This document shows positions 43,591 through 51,598 of a DNA stretch of 64,000 bases, piece after piece. Origin of the DNA: Alphaproteobacteria bacterium (GTDB lineage Bacteria; Pseudomonadota; Alphaproteobacteria; JACZXZ01); the NCBI GenBank assembly GCA_035509415.1, contig DATJLQ010000233.1, positions 10,943-74,942 on the forward strand, in the 5' to 3' direction. Within the stretch, counting starts at the first letter, position 1; every line of letters starts with the position of its first letter. The notes beneath the pieces are model-generated. The model was not told the DNA's origin, did no database searches, and saw only the letters and a list, made by a program, of their open reading frames with translations. Position numbers and translations under genes: made by a program.

Positions 43591-43605
43591 TTAAAACGCG
43601 GTTAG
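43591..43605. promoter_or_regulatory. CtrA-box-like motif TTAA-N7-TTAG, 58-72 bp upstream of the flp start
   Basis: Read directly: TTAAAACGCGGTTAG. It has one mismatch to TTAA-N7-TTAA. The assignment is inferential. Confidence 0.3.
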
Positions 43606-43789
43606 CGCGGAAAGGAGGGTATGCGCGGCGACGCGGCGGCGCGATGCGACAAGCTTTACTAAATCTTTATGCACGCGCGCGCGGTAGTGAAATCGCGCGC
43701 CGGCCGCTCGCATCGCTTGCCATACTATTTGGCGCTGGCTATGCTCGGACCAATGAACAAAACGTACTGGGCAAACTCAGGGGGATGTC

Positions 43790-44293
43790 ATGGGGGCGCG
43801 ATCCAAGCTGGTCGACAAGGCCAGCCATCAGGGATTTGAGTTCGACTACAACCACAACGTCATTTTCCACAACGGCAAGGTGATCCACCTCTCGCCGCAC
43901 GAGGCGGACATCCTTCAAGTGCTCCTCAACAATCGCGCGCGCGCGACGCCGCTGGACGTTCTGATCCAACGCGTCTACGGCTCGGACGAGCCGGAGACGG
44001 CGGCGGTGTCGATCCGGGTTTCGGTGCACTCGCTGCGCAAGAAGATTCAGGAAACCGGCATCAAGATCCGCGCCGAGGCGCGCGTCGGCTACGAGATCGA
44101 CGCGACGGACGTGCCCGAGCTCAATCGCCGCCTCGCCGACATCATTCTCATGGCGCTCAACATGGCGAAGGCGTCGAGCGAGCGCGAGCTCGCGGACCGG
44201 CTGCAGCTGATCTACGACCTCGCGGAAGCGAAGCGGCGCCAATGGCGCGGCACGAAAGGTGCGGCGGAGCAGGACATCCGCGCTGCCGGCTAG
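43790..44293 (+). CDS. orphan OmpR/PhoB-type winged-helix DNA-binding protein (no receiver domain)
   Basis: 167 aa. The trans_reg_C-like core reads HLSPHEADILQVLLNN..ATPLDVLIQRVYGSDEPETAAVSIRVSVHSLRKKI...RVGYEI. It is followed by a helical tail of about 55 aa with no TM segment. Confidence 0.8.
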   Translation: MGARSKLVDKASHQGFEFDYNHNVIFHNGKVIHLSPHEADILQVLLNNRARATPLDVLIQRVYGSDEPETAAVSIRVSVHSLRKKIQETGIKIRAEARVGYEIDATDVPELNRRLADIILMALNMAKASSERELADRLQLIYDLAEAKRRQWRGTKGAAEQDIRAAG

Positions 44294-44295
44294 GC

Positions 44296-44311
44296 GCGCG
44301 CTCGAGCGCGC
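44296..44311. terminator. 16-bp perfect GC palindrome between convergent genes (hairpin, no U-tract)
   Basis: GCGCGCTCGAGCGCGC, read directly. It lies between the stop of the winged-helix gene and the stop of the binding-protein gene. Confidence 0.3.
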
Positions 44312-44336
44312 CCTTGAGCCCGCTCGCCGCGGCGTT

Positions 44337-45368
44337 TCACTTCGCGAGCATCAGATCCTTGCGCGGCGGGAGATACTTGTCGGTCCACACGTCCGCGAGT
44401 GGGGGCGTCGGAACGCCGAGCGCCTCGGTCGCCTCCGTGACCGTGTGCTCGAGCCGCGCGTGGGTCACGTCGCTCAGCCCGTGCTTCATCGCCCAGGGCG
44501 TCCCGATCGCGATGCTGTTGGAGAAGGCGAGTGCAGCGAGCTCGGTCTTCTCGTCGAGCAGCGAATTGTATTTCTTGAGCGCGTCGATGGCACCCTTGGG
44601 ATCGGCGCGCGACGATTTGATGCTTTGGGCCGCGCAGGCGACGAACGCCTTGGCGGCGGCCGGATGGGCCGCGGCCCAGGCGGGCGTGGTGACGATCGCG
44701 TTGCCGTAGAAATTGACGCCCCACTGCGAATAGCGCAGCACGACGATGTCCTGGTCCTTGACGCCCAGGGCGCGCAGCCCGGTCAGGATGGTGAACATGT
44801 GCCCGGCGACCGCGTCGGCCCGGTGCTGCACCAGGAGCTGCTGGCGCAATGCGTACGAGGTCGTGACCCAATTGATGCTCTTCGGGTCGATGTGATTGGC
44901 CTTGGCGAAGACCGGGAACATCACCCGGCTCGCCTCGGTGACGCCGTCCGCGATGCTTTTGCCCTTGAGGTCGCTCGGCTTGGTGATGCCGTTCCCCTTG
45001 AGGGTCACGATCGACATGGGGGCCACGTCGCTCACCATGAAGATCGCGATCAGTCGCTTCTCGGGATGCTGGGCGTCGAAGCCGACCATGGTGCTGAAGT
45101 CGGACACGCCCACGTCATAGGCGCCGCTCGCGACCTTGGTGAGCGCGTCGGCCGAGCCGTAGCTGCGGTCGATCCTGACCGCGAGGCCGGCATGGGCATA
45201 GCAGCCGTCGGTCTCGCCCAAGGGCCAGATCGCCTGGGCCCCCTCGAACGCCCAATCCATGATGAAGCGGATCGGCAACGGCGCTTGCGCCGCGGCGCGC
45301 TCGACCGGCACGAACGCGCTCAGCATCAAGGCGGCAGCACCCAGCCGCAGGACGGATTTCCAATGCAT
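44337..45368 (-). CDS. ABC transporter substrate-binding protein (NMT1/THI5-like, NitT/TauT family)
   Basis: The signal peptide ends AAAQA. I prefer the ATG at 45368 (GGGGGAG RBS 8 nt upstream) over the track GTG at 45377. Confidence 0.85.
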   Translation of the reverse strand: MHWKSVLRLGAAALMLSAFVPVERAAAQAPLPIRFIMDWAFEGAQAIWPLGETDGCYAHAGLAVRIDRSYGSADALTKVASGAYDVGVSDFSTMVGFDAQHPEKRLIAIFMVSDVAPMSIVTLKGNGITKPSDLKGKSIADGVTEASRVMFPVFAKANHIDPKSINWVTTSYALRQQLLVQHRADAVAGHMFTILTGLRALGVKDQDIVVLRYSQWGVNFYGNAIVTTPAWAAAHPAAAKAFVACAAQSIKSSRADPKGAIDALKKYNSLLDEKTELAALAFSNSIAIGTPWAMKHGLSDVTHARLEHTVTEATEALGVPTPPLADVWTDKYLPPRKDLMLAK

Positions 45369-45629
45369 CTTGCTCACTCCCCCTTGACCCCAGGCCTTAC
45401 GCCCCGGGCTCGATCTCGGCGCGGCGGAAGCGAGCGCTTACGCCGGTATGCCTTCGATATGCCACTGTAAGCAATCCTATGCCCGGAAGCGTTCGCTGCA
45501 AAGCACAAACGAGGCGCGTGGGCCCCGAGAGCCGAGGCCGCTGCACGCAATTCGTGCCGTGCGCCGGTTGAATTCTTGCGCAGGTAGAGAAGCGATGCGT
45601 GGGCGCGACCCGGCTCGGAATGGGGCGGC

Positions 45630-47015
45630 TCAGATCAAAGAAAGCCAGCGCGCGCGCCAACCTGCCGCGCGCTCGTAGGCGGCGGCCACGCGCAAGAGGA
45701 ACTCGTCGAGCCCGGGCTTGGCCGCGAGCTGAAGGCCGAGCGGCAGTCCCTCGGGCCCGAAGCCGCAGCAGATCGCGATCGCGGGATCGCCGCTCAAGTT
45801 GAACGGTACGCTGTAGCCCGGTATGCCGAACCCGTCCCATTTCCCGATTCCCTCGATCGGCGGCGCCTCGCCTGGCTGGCTCACGCTCAGGAGAATGTCG
45901 AGCTCGGCGCACGCCGCGCGGAGGGCCGCGACCAGCTCGTCGCATCGGCGCATCGCGGCCGCGTAGTCGGCGTCGGAGACGAAGGCGCCGAGGGCCAGGC
46001 GATCGCGCGTCGCCTCGCCGTAAAGCTCGGGTTGCGTGCGCAGCCAGTCCTTGTGGACCTCGAACGCCTCCTTGAGGACGATGAGCGAGCCCGCGGCGTG
46101 CCAATCGGCGAGCGGCGGCAGATCCACGTCGCTGAGCTCGGCGCCGAGCTCGCGCAAGACGCCGATCGCCGCCTCGACCGCGTCGAGCTGGGGCCGGCTC
46201 GCGGGCCGGTCGGACTCGAACCACCGGCGCGCGACGCCGATCCGAACACCTTTGGCATGGGGCTCGAGCGGCTCCGCGCGCGCCGCCGCGTAGAAACGCG
46301 ACGCCGGATCGCGCGCGTCCTTGCCTTCGAGGGCGGCGAGCGCCAACGCGCAATCCTCGGCATTCCAGGCGAGCGGCCCGGCGTGATCGAGGCTCGGCGC
46401 GAGCGGCAGCATGCCGGCGCGGCTCACGCGGCCGAAGCTCGGCTTCAGGCCGGCGACGCCGCAAAGGGCTGCCGGGCTGCGGATCGATCCCGCCGTGTCC
46501 GATCCGACCGCGACGAGGACCATGCCGGCCGCGACCGCCGCCGCAGACCCGCTCGACGATCCGCCGGTGAAGCGCTCGGGGTTCCACGGATTGCGCGCGG
46601 GCGGCCAGGGAAGATCGAAGCCCGGGCCGGTGAGCGCGAATTCATGCGTCGCGAGCTTCCCCATGAGCACGGCGCCCGCGGCCTCGAGCCGCTCGGCGAC
46701 GGCCGAATCCGCGGAAGCGACGTGGCCGAGGAGAAGGCGCGAATGGGCGGTAGTCGGAAGCGAGCGGGTCTCGAACACGTCCTTGAGCCCGACCGGAATG
46801 CCGTGAAGCGGGCCGATCGGACCTTGCGCGCGGATCGCACGCTCGGCGCGCCGCGCCGCGTCGAGCGCGCCTTCGCGATCGAGGGCGAGGAACGCGTGGA
46901 TGCGGCCGTCGAGGCGGTCGGTGCGCTCGAGGCAGCTGCGTACGAGCTCGACCGGCGAGAGCGTACCCGCCGCGATCGCGCGCGCCGCCTCGGCCAAGGT
47001 GAAGCGATCGCTCAT
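45630..47015 (-). CDS. amidase-signature (AS) family amidase
   Basis: 461 aa. It has the AS motif GGSSSGSAAAVAAG and a typical N-terminus (LSPVELVRSCLERTDRLDGRIHAFLAL). Confidence 0.92.
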   Translation of the reverse strand: MSDRFTLAEAARAIAAGTLSPVELVRSCLERTDRLDGRIHAFLALDREGALDAARRAERAIRAQGPIGPLHGIPVGLKDVFETRSLPTTAHSRLLLGHVASADSAVAERLEAAGAVLMGKLATHEFALTGPGFDLPWPPARNPWNPERFTGGSSSGSAAAVAAGMVLVAVGSDTAGSIRSPAALCGVAGLKPSFGRVSRAGMLPLAPSLDHAGPLAWNAEDCALALAALEGKDARDPASRFYAAARAEPLEPHAKGVRIGVARRWFESDRPASRPQLDAVEAAIGVLRELGAELSDVDLPPLADWHAAGSLIVLKEAFEVHKDWLRTQPELYGEATRDRLALGAFVSDADYAAAMRRCDELVAALRAACAELDILLSVSQPGEAPPIEGIGKWDGFGIPGYSVPFNLSGDPAIAICCGFGPEGLPLGLQLAAKPGLDEFLLRVAAAYERAAGWRARWLSLI

Positions 47016-47233
47016 CGCTTTTCCCGTGCTCGCGCACGCACCTCGCGGCCGCGCGACGGACCCTGCACGCGCAAGGAACCCTTCACGCGCAAGGGACCCT
47101 GCACGCGCGCGATCATCGCCTCGAGCGTGCCGTAGGCGCCATAGAGCTCGTCGAGCCGGTGCACGTCCAGCCGGAGCCCGGCCGCGCGCGCGCGGGCCTC
47201 GAAGGTCGATTTCGACGAGCGCGCCTTCGCCAC
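47012..47233 (-). CDS. small (73 aa) amidase-coupled protein, possibly a GatC/AtzG-like partner subunit
   Basis: The GTG at 47233 lies 10 nt after the permease stop, with a GAGG upstream. Its TGA overlaps the amidase ATG (ATGA). The helical N-half reads AAGLRLDVHRLDELYGAYGTLEAMIARV. The C-half is encoded by an 18-bp triplication. Confidence 0.55.
   Translation of the reverse strand: MAKARSSKSTFEARARAAGLRLDVHRLDELYGAYGTLEAMIARVQGPLRVKGSLRVQGPSRGREVRARAREKR
47058..47111. repeat. 18-bp tandem repeat x3 (GGACCCTGCACGCGCAAG and variants), in frame within the 73-aa ORF
   Basis: Read directly. The units are 47058-47075, 47076-47093 and 47094-47111. On the minus strand they encode VQGPLR / VKGSLR / VQGPSR. 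Confidence 0.9.
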
Positions 47234-47243
47234 GGCCCGGACC

Positions 47244-48002
47244 TCAGCTCGCCTGGTCGTGGGCGCGCGTCGCCCAGAAGGTCACGTGGCGCTCGAGCCA
47301 GGCGAAGATCTCGTACATCACCACACCCATGACCGCGACCACGACCAGGCCCGCGAACACGAGCGGCATGTCGAAGCGCCCGCCCGCGACCATCATGAGG
47401 TATCCGATGCCGGCGTTCGACGCGACCGTCTCCGAGATCACCGATCCCACGAAGGCGAGGCCGATCGCGACCTTGAGGGAGGCGAAGAAATAGGGCATCG
47501 AGCGGGGAATGCCGATCTTGACCAGGATCTGCCATGGGCGCGCGCCGAGGACGCGCATCACGTCCTTGAGCTCCGGCTCGATGGTCGTGAGGCCCGCCGC
47601 GACGTTGACCATAATCGGGAAGAAGGCGAGCAGGAACGCGATGATGACCGCCGGGATGGTGCCGATGCCGAACCACACCACCACGATCGGCATGAGCGCC
47701 ACCTTCGGGATCGAGTTGAATCCGATCATCATCGGATAGACGCCGTCATAGACGAAGCGCGACGAGCCGATCGCGAGGCCGAGCAGCAATCCGAACAGGA
47801 CCGCGAGGCCGAACCCCACCAAGGTCGTGAACAGGGTCTGGAGCGCGTTGGTCGCGATCGGGTGCGCGTAGGCGACGAGCGCCGAGACGATCTCGGTCGG
47901 CGTCGGCAGGATGAAGTCCGCGACCTTGAACGCCGTGCACACGAGCTGCCAGGCCAGGAGGAAGCCGATCGTAATGATCCAGGGCGTGAGCCGCTTCGTC
48001 AT
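47244..48002 (-). CDS. ABC transporter permease (NitT/TauT family)
   Basis: 252 aa, polytopic, with a BPD-type inner-membrane component. Confidence 0.88.
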   Translation of the reverse strand: MTKRLTPWIITIGFLLAWQLVCTAFKVADFILPTPTEIVSALVAYAHPIATNALQTLFTTLVGFGLAVLFGLLLGLAIGSSRFVYDGVYPMMIGFNSIPKVALMPIVVVWFGIGTIPAVIIAFLLAFFPIMVNVAAGLTTIEPELKDVMRVLGARPWQILVKIGIPRSMPYFFASLKVAIGLAFVGSVISETVASNAGIGYLMMVAGGRFDMPLVFAGLVVVAVMGVVMYEIFAWLERHVTFWATRAHDQAS

Positions 48003-48009
48003 GGCCGCC

Positions 48010-48840
48010 TCACGTCCCGCGATCGAGCGCTATCTGCGCGCGCAAGGCGTGGGTGATCTCGATGAAGTCCTGCTCGTAGGTCACGTCGAGCCGGCGCGGG
48101 CGCGGGAACGGAATCGTCGTGCGCGAGACCACGCGCCCCGGGCGCGCGCTGATGACGTAGACCGTGTCGGCGAGATAGACCGCTTCGCGCAGATCGTGGG
48201 TCACGAGCACCACGGTCGGGCGCCGGCTCAGCCACAAATCCTGCACCACGTCCCACAGCTCCTCGCGCGTGAAGGGATCGAGGGCGGCGAAGGGCTCGTC
48301 GAGGAGAAGCTGCTGCGGCGCGTGGATGAGGGCGCGGCACAACGAGCTGCGTTGCTGCATCCCGCCCGAGAGCTGCCACGGATACCTGCCCTCGAAGCCC
48401 GCGAGCCCGACGGCGGCCAGGAGCTTTTCCGCCTCGGCCTCGAATTCCGCGCGCTTGCGGCGGAACTGGGAGGCGTAGGGCTCGACGATCTCGAGCGGCA
48501 GGAGCACGTTCGCGAGCGTCGTGCGCCAGGGCAAGAGATTCGCGTGCTGGAACGCCATGCCGCAGATCTTCAAGGGCCCGGTCACGCGCTCGCCCGCGAC
48601 CGTGACCCTGCCCGAGAGCGGCAGATGAAGGCCCGAGATGAGTTTCAGGAGCGAGGATTTGCCGCACCCGCTCGGCCCCACCACGGCGACGAACTCGCCG
48701 CGCCCGATCTCGAGCGAGGCGTTCTCGAGGGCGAGCGTCGGCGACGCGCCGCCATAGGTCAGGCTCGCATTTTCGACGACGATGAAGGGCGCAGCACCCG
48801 AGGCCCGCGCGTCGCTGCCGGCGTCATTTCCGCTTTGCAC
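48010..48840 (-). CDS. ABC transporter ATP-binding protein (NitT/TauT family)
   Basis: Walker [25 protein letters not shown], and LLLDEPFAALD. Confidence 0.9.
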   Translation of the reverse strand: MQSGNDAGSDARASGAAPFIVVENASLTYGGASPTLALENASLEIGRGEFVAVVGPSGCGKSSLLKLISGLHLPLSGRVTVAGERVTGPLKICGMAFQHANLLPWRTTLANVLLPLEIVEPYASQFRRKRAEFEAEAEKLLAAVGLAGFEGRYPWQLSGGMQQRSSLCRALIHAPQQLLLDEPFAALDPFTREELWDVVQDLWLSRRPTVVLVTHDLREAVYLADTVYVISARPGRVVSRTTIPFPRPRRLDVTYEQDFIEITHALRAQIALDRGT

Positions 48841-49537
48841 GGTCCCAATCCTCGAATTCGGCGCGCGCGGACTCGCCCGGCGGATAAAGGCCCGCGAGGC
48901 TGCGCCCTTGGGCGATGCGCTCGGCGGCGAAGCCGTCGTAACGCGCGAGCCGCACCGCCTCCTCCGCGACCTCGACGGCGAGCGAAGCCGGGATCGCGAC
49001 CACGCCTTCCGCGTCGCCCACGATCACGTCGCCCGGAAAGATCGCGACCTTGGCGCAGCCGACCGGCTCATCGAGGGCCGCCGCGTGGAGGCGAAGGAAG
49101 CTCGGCGCCGGCGCGGGCCGCACATGGTAGGCGGGAAAGCCGAGCGCCGCGACCTCGGTCACGTCGCGATAGCCGCCATCGGTCACGACACCCGCGACAC
49201 CGCGCGCCTTGAGCCGGCCGATCAGAAGATTGCCGCAGCAGCACGCCTCGGTCTCCTCGCCGGTCGCGAGCACGAGCACGCTTTCCGGCGGGCATTCCTC
49301 GAAGGCGCGCTGATGGAGGCCGAGGCCGCCGCCGGCCTTCCCCTCGAGATCCTCGCGCGCCGGAATGAAGCGGAGCGTGTAGGCAGGCCCCACCATGCGC
49401 GGCGTGTCGCGCGCGACCGGGATCACGCCGCGCAGAAGCACGTTCCTATAGCCGCGCCGATAGAGGCACGTGGTCAGGGTCGAGAGTCCGACCGCGCCGA
49501 GCTTCGCCCGCGTCTCGGCACTCAATGGGTGCGCCAT
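48824..49537 (-). CDS. RraA-family protein (4-hydroxy-4-methyl-2-oxoglutarate aldolase / oxaloacetate decarboxylase-like)
   Basis: 237 aa. GVAGVVTDGGYRD and GDVIVGDAEGVVAIP are typical of the RraA/HMG-aldolase fold. Confidence 0.82.
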   Translation of the reverse strand: MAHPLSAETRAKLGAVGLSTLTTCLYRRGYRNVLLRGVIPVARDTPRMVGPAYTLRFIPAREDLEGKAGGGLGLHQRAFEECPPESVLVLATGEETEACCCGNLLIGRLKARGVAGVVTDGGYRDVTEVAALGFPAYHVRPAPAPSFLRLHAAALDEPVGCAKVAIFPGDVIVGDAEGVVAIPASLAVEVAEEAVRLARYDGFAAERIAQGRSLAGLYPPGESARAEFEDWDRAKRK

Positions 49538-49597
49538 CCGCCTCCTCCGGAGCCCGCCTCGATCATAGCATCTCCCCTTACCCCCGACAGGCCGGCC

Positions 49598-50083
49598 CTA
49601 GAGCGGGATCGCGATCAGCGAGTCGATCTTCGAGCCGTCGAGGATCACGGCGCGCGCGCGGAAACGGCAGCGTCCCTCCTCGCGCACGATCTCGTCGACA
49701 TATTCGCCGCACGCGAACAGCGTCATCTCGCCCGTGAGCATGATGCGCACGCAAAGAAAGCTCGTGCGCACCTCGGCGCTGCCGTCCAGCCGCCGCGCGA
49801 TCTCGCTCTCGGAAAGGACGTGCCGATAGCGGTGGGGCTCGTAGACGTTGGCCTTCTCGGTCGCCTCGATGCGGTCGAACAGCATCGCGCGGTTCGAGCA
49901 CAGCATGATCGAGAGCGGATAGCCGCGCTCGACGTTGTCGCGCGTCGTGATGCGGTAGCGGCATTGGGCGGCGAAGAATTCCGGCCAGCGTCCGAACTCG
50001 CCGCGGTCGAGCGCGTTGGCGTAGTCGCGCAGGAGGGCGCGGATCTCAGGCTCGCTGGGCGCGTCCTGCGCGGCCTCGCTCAT
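49598..50083 (-). CDS. aromatic-ring-hydroxylating oxygenase beta subunit (SnoaL/NTF2-like)
   Basis: 161 aa. It lies immediately downstream of the alpha subunit (start 50083, alpha stop 50084-86). Confidence 0.85.
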   Translation of the reverse strand: MSEAAQDAPSEPEIRALLRDYANALDRGEFGRWPEFFAAQCRYRITTRDNVERGYPLSIMLCSNRAMLFDRIEATEKANVYEPHRYRHVLSESEIARRLDGSAEVRTSFLCVRIMLTGEMTLFACGEYVDEIVREEGRCRFRARAVILDGSKIDSLIAIPL

Positions 50084-51343
50084 CTAGAGGCCCGTGAGCG
50101 CGCGATAGCCGGTCCAGAAACCGCGCACGCTGCCTTCCGACGCGCGCGAGCCCTCGATGGGCGCGATGCCGCGCCCGCCCAGCTCCATCACCGACGCCTT
50201 GTGTTTGTCGCCCTCGATGCTGCGCTGGATGAGCGCCCCCACCATGCCGTCCTCCATCGAGATGAGGCCGGCGGGGCCCATCATGTTCGCCTGCGCGAGG
50301 CGCTTCTCGCGCCGCGCTTCGTCGTCGTCGGCATAGCCGAAGGCGGTCCAATAGAGCTCGGTCTGGCGCGGCCCGAGCGGGCGCACGCGGCGGAAGGCGA
50401 GGCTATTGCGCAGCTGCTGCAGCACGAAGCACGGGAACACCGTCTGCACCGCGAGCGACACGCGGTCGCCGAAATCGTCCCAGAAGTCGGTCAGCACCGG
50501 GTCGCGCAGGCCGAAGCCGTAGGCCGACAGATCGCCCGCGCGCATCTCTTTCGAGGTCTGGTAGATCTCGCCGCCCGGATCGACCGTCATCTTCGAATAG
50601 CTGATATGGTGCCAGCCGCGCGCCCCCATCTCGATCCCGCCTTCCATGGTGAGGCGGTCCATCTTCATCACGCCATTGAAGGCGTGGAGCAAGGACGCGT
50701 GGTACGGGTCCTTGACGTTCTCCATGTAGAGCTTCCAATTGGAATGGAGCAGCTGGCTGTACTGGCCGAGGATTTCGATCGGCCGGCCGCACACGCGCTT
50801 GATGTTGGCGACATGGGCCGGGCCGATGTAGGTCTCGAAGTCGGTCGTCTCGGCGCTGAAGGTGCCGAAGACGAGCCCGCAAATTCTGTGGGTACGCAGC
50901 CGGTCGAGCCCGTGCTCGTCCTTGCGGAACGAGGGCGGCATGCCGCCTTTCCCGCGCACGCCGCGCTCGAAGGCGACCGATTTCAGGTTGCCCGCGAGAT
51001 CGAAGCACCAATTGTGATAGACGCACATGAACTGGCGCGCGTTCCCGGACCGCGCCATGACGAGCTCGGTGCCCTTGTGCGAGCAGCGGTTGACGAAGGC
51101 GCGAATCTCGCCCGCCTCGTCGCGCACCACGACGACCGGCGTGTCGCCGACATGGGACAGGACGTAGGCACCGGGCTCGGGCAACTCCGCCTCGAGGCCG
51201 AGGAAATGCCACGCAGGCCCGCGGAAGATTTTCGCCTGCTCGAGACGGTAGACCTCCTCGTCGGAGAAGACGATGAAGGGAGCGCGTGCTACTCCTTCCT
51301 CGGGCCAGGCGACGCGGCGCTTGATCTCCTCGGCTGCGTCCAT
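50084..51343 (-). CDS. Rieske non-heme iron oxygenase alpha subunit
   Basis: Rieske motif CSHKG-x17-CVYHNW. I prefer the ATG at 51343 (MDAAEEIK) over the TTG at 51379 used by the track. Confidence 0.9.
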   Translation of the reverse strand: MDAAEEIKRRVAWPEEGVARAPFIVFSDEEVYRLEQAKIFRGPAWHFLGLEAELPEPGAYVLSHVGDTPVVVVRDEAGEIRAFVNRCSHKGTELVMARSGNARQFMCVYHNWCFDLAGNLKSVAFERGVRGKGGMPPSFRKDEHGLDRLRTHRICGLVFGTFSAETTDFETYIGPAHVANIKRVCGRPIEILGQYSQLLHSNWKLYMENVKDPYHASLLHAFNGVMKMDRLTMEGGIEMGARGWHHISYSKMTVDPGGEIYQTSKEMRAGDLSAYGFGLRDPVLTDFWDDFGDRVSLAVQTVFPCFVLQQLRNSLAFRRVRPLGPRQTELYWTAFGYADDDEARREKRLAQANMMGPAGLISMEDGMVGALIQRSIEGDKHKASVMELGGRGIAPIEGSRASEGSVRGFWTGYRALTGL

Positions 51344-51421
51344 GGCCTCAAGTCGCTCCGGGGCCCCGATCGACGGCAAGGAATCTTGACTTGGACGGGC
51401 CCATAGTGCTTATTATTAAAG

Positions 51422-51429
51422 GGTATACC
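51422..51429. promoter_or_regulatory. GGTATACC palindrome (GntR/FadR-type operator candidate) in an AT-rich divergent promoter region
   Basis: Read directly. It is flanked by TTGACT (51386-51391) and TATTAT (51411-51416; the 19-bp spacing is longer than ideal). Confidence 0.3.
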
Positions 51430-51598
51430 GTAAGAATTCAACCCATGTACCACGACGTGAATCGGCCCGCGGCGCGGTCCCCGAAGGCGCCGCTGAAGCC
51501 GGGCCCGTCTCGAATCGGCCCGCCCCATGCCGCCGCGCGGACGCACGCTCGCCGATGCGAACCGAGCCCGTCCTTCGTCTAGGGAGATCGATCGAATC

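Noticed and set aside
43621-43662. 13-codon mini-ORF (MRGDAAARCDKLY) after AAGGAGGG in the flp / regulator intergenic region
   Set aside because: The SD-to-ATG spacing is only about 2 nt, and the peptide has no recognisable features. It could be a leader peptide, but there is no supporting evidence.
30735-43789. Tad locus as a mobile genomic island
   Set aside because: The AT-rich borders are suggestive. However, there is no integrase, transposase, tRNA attachment site or flanking direct repeat that I could recognise by eye.
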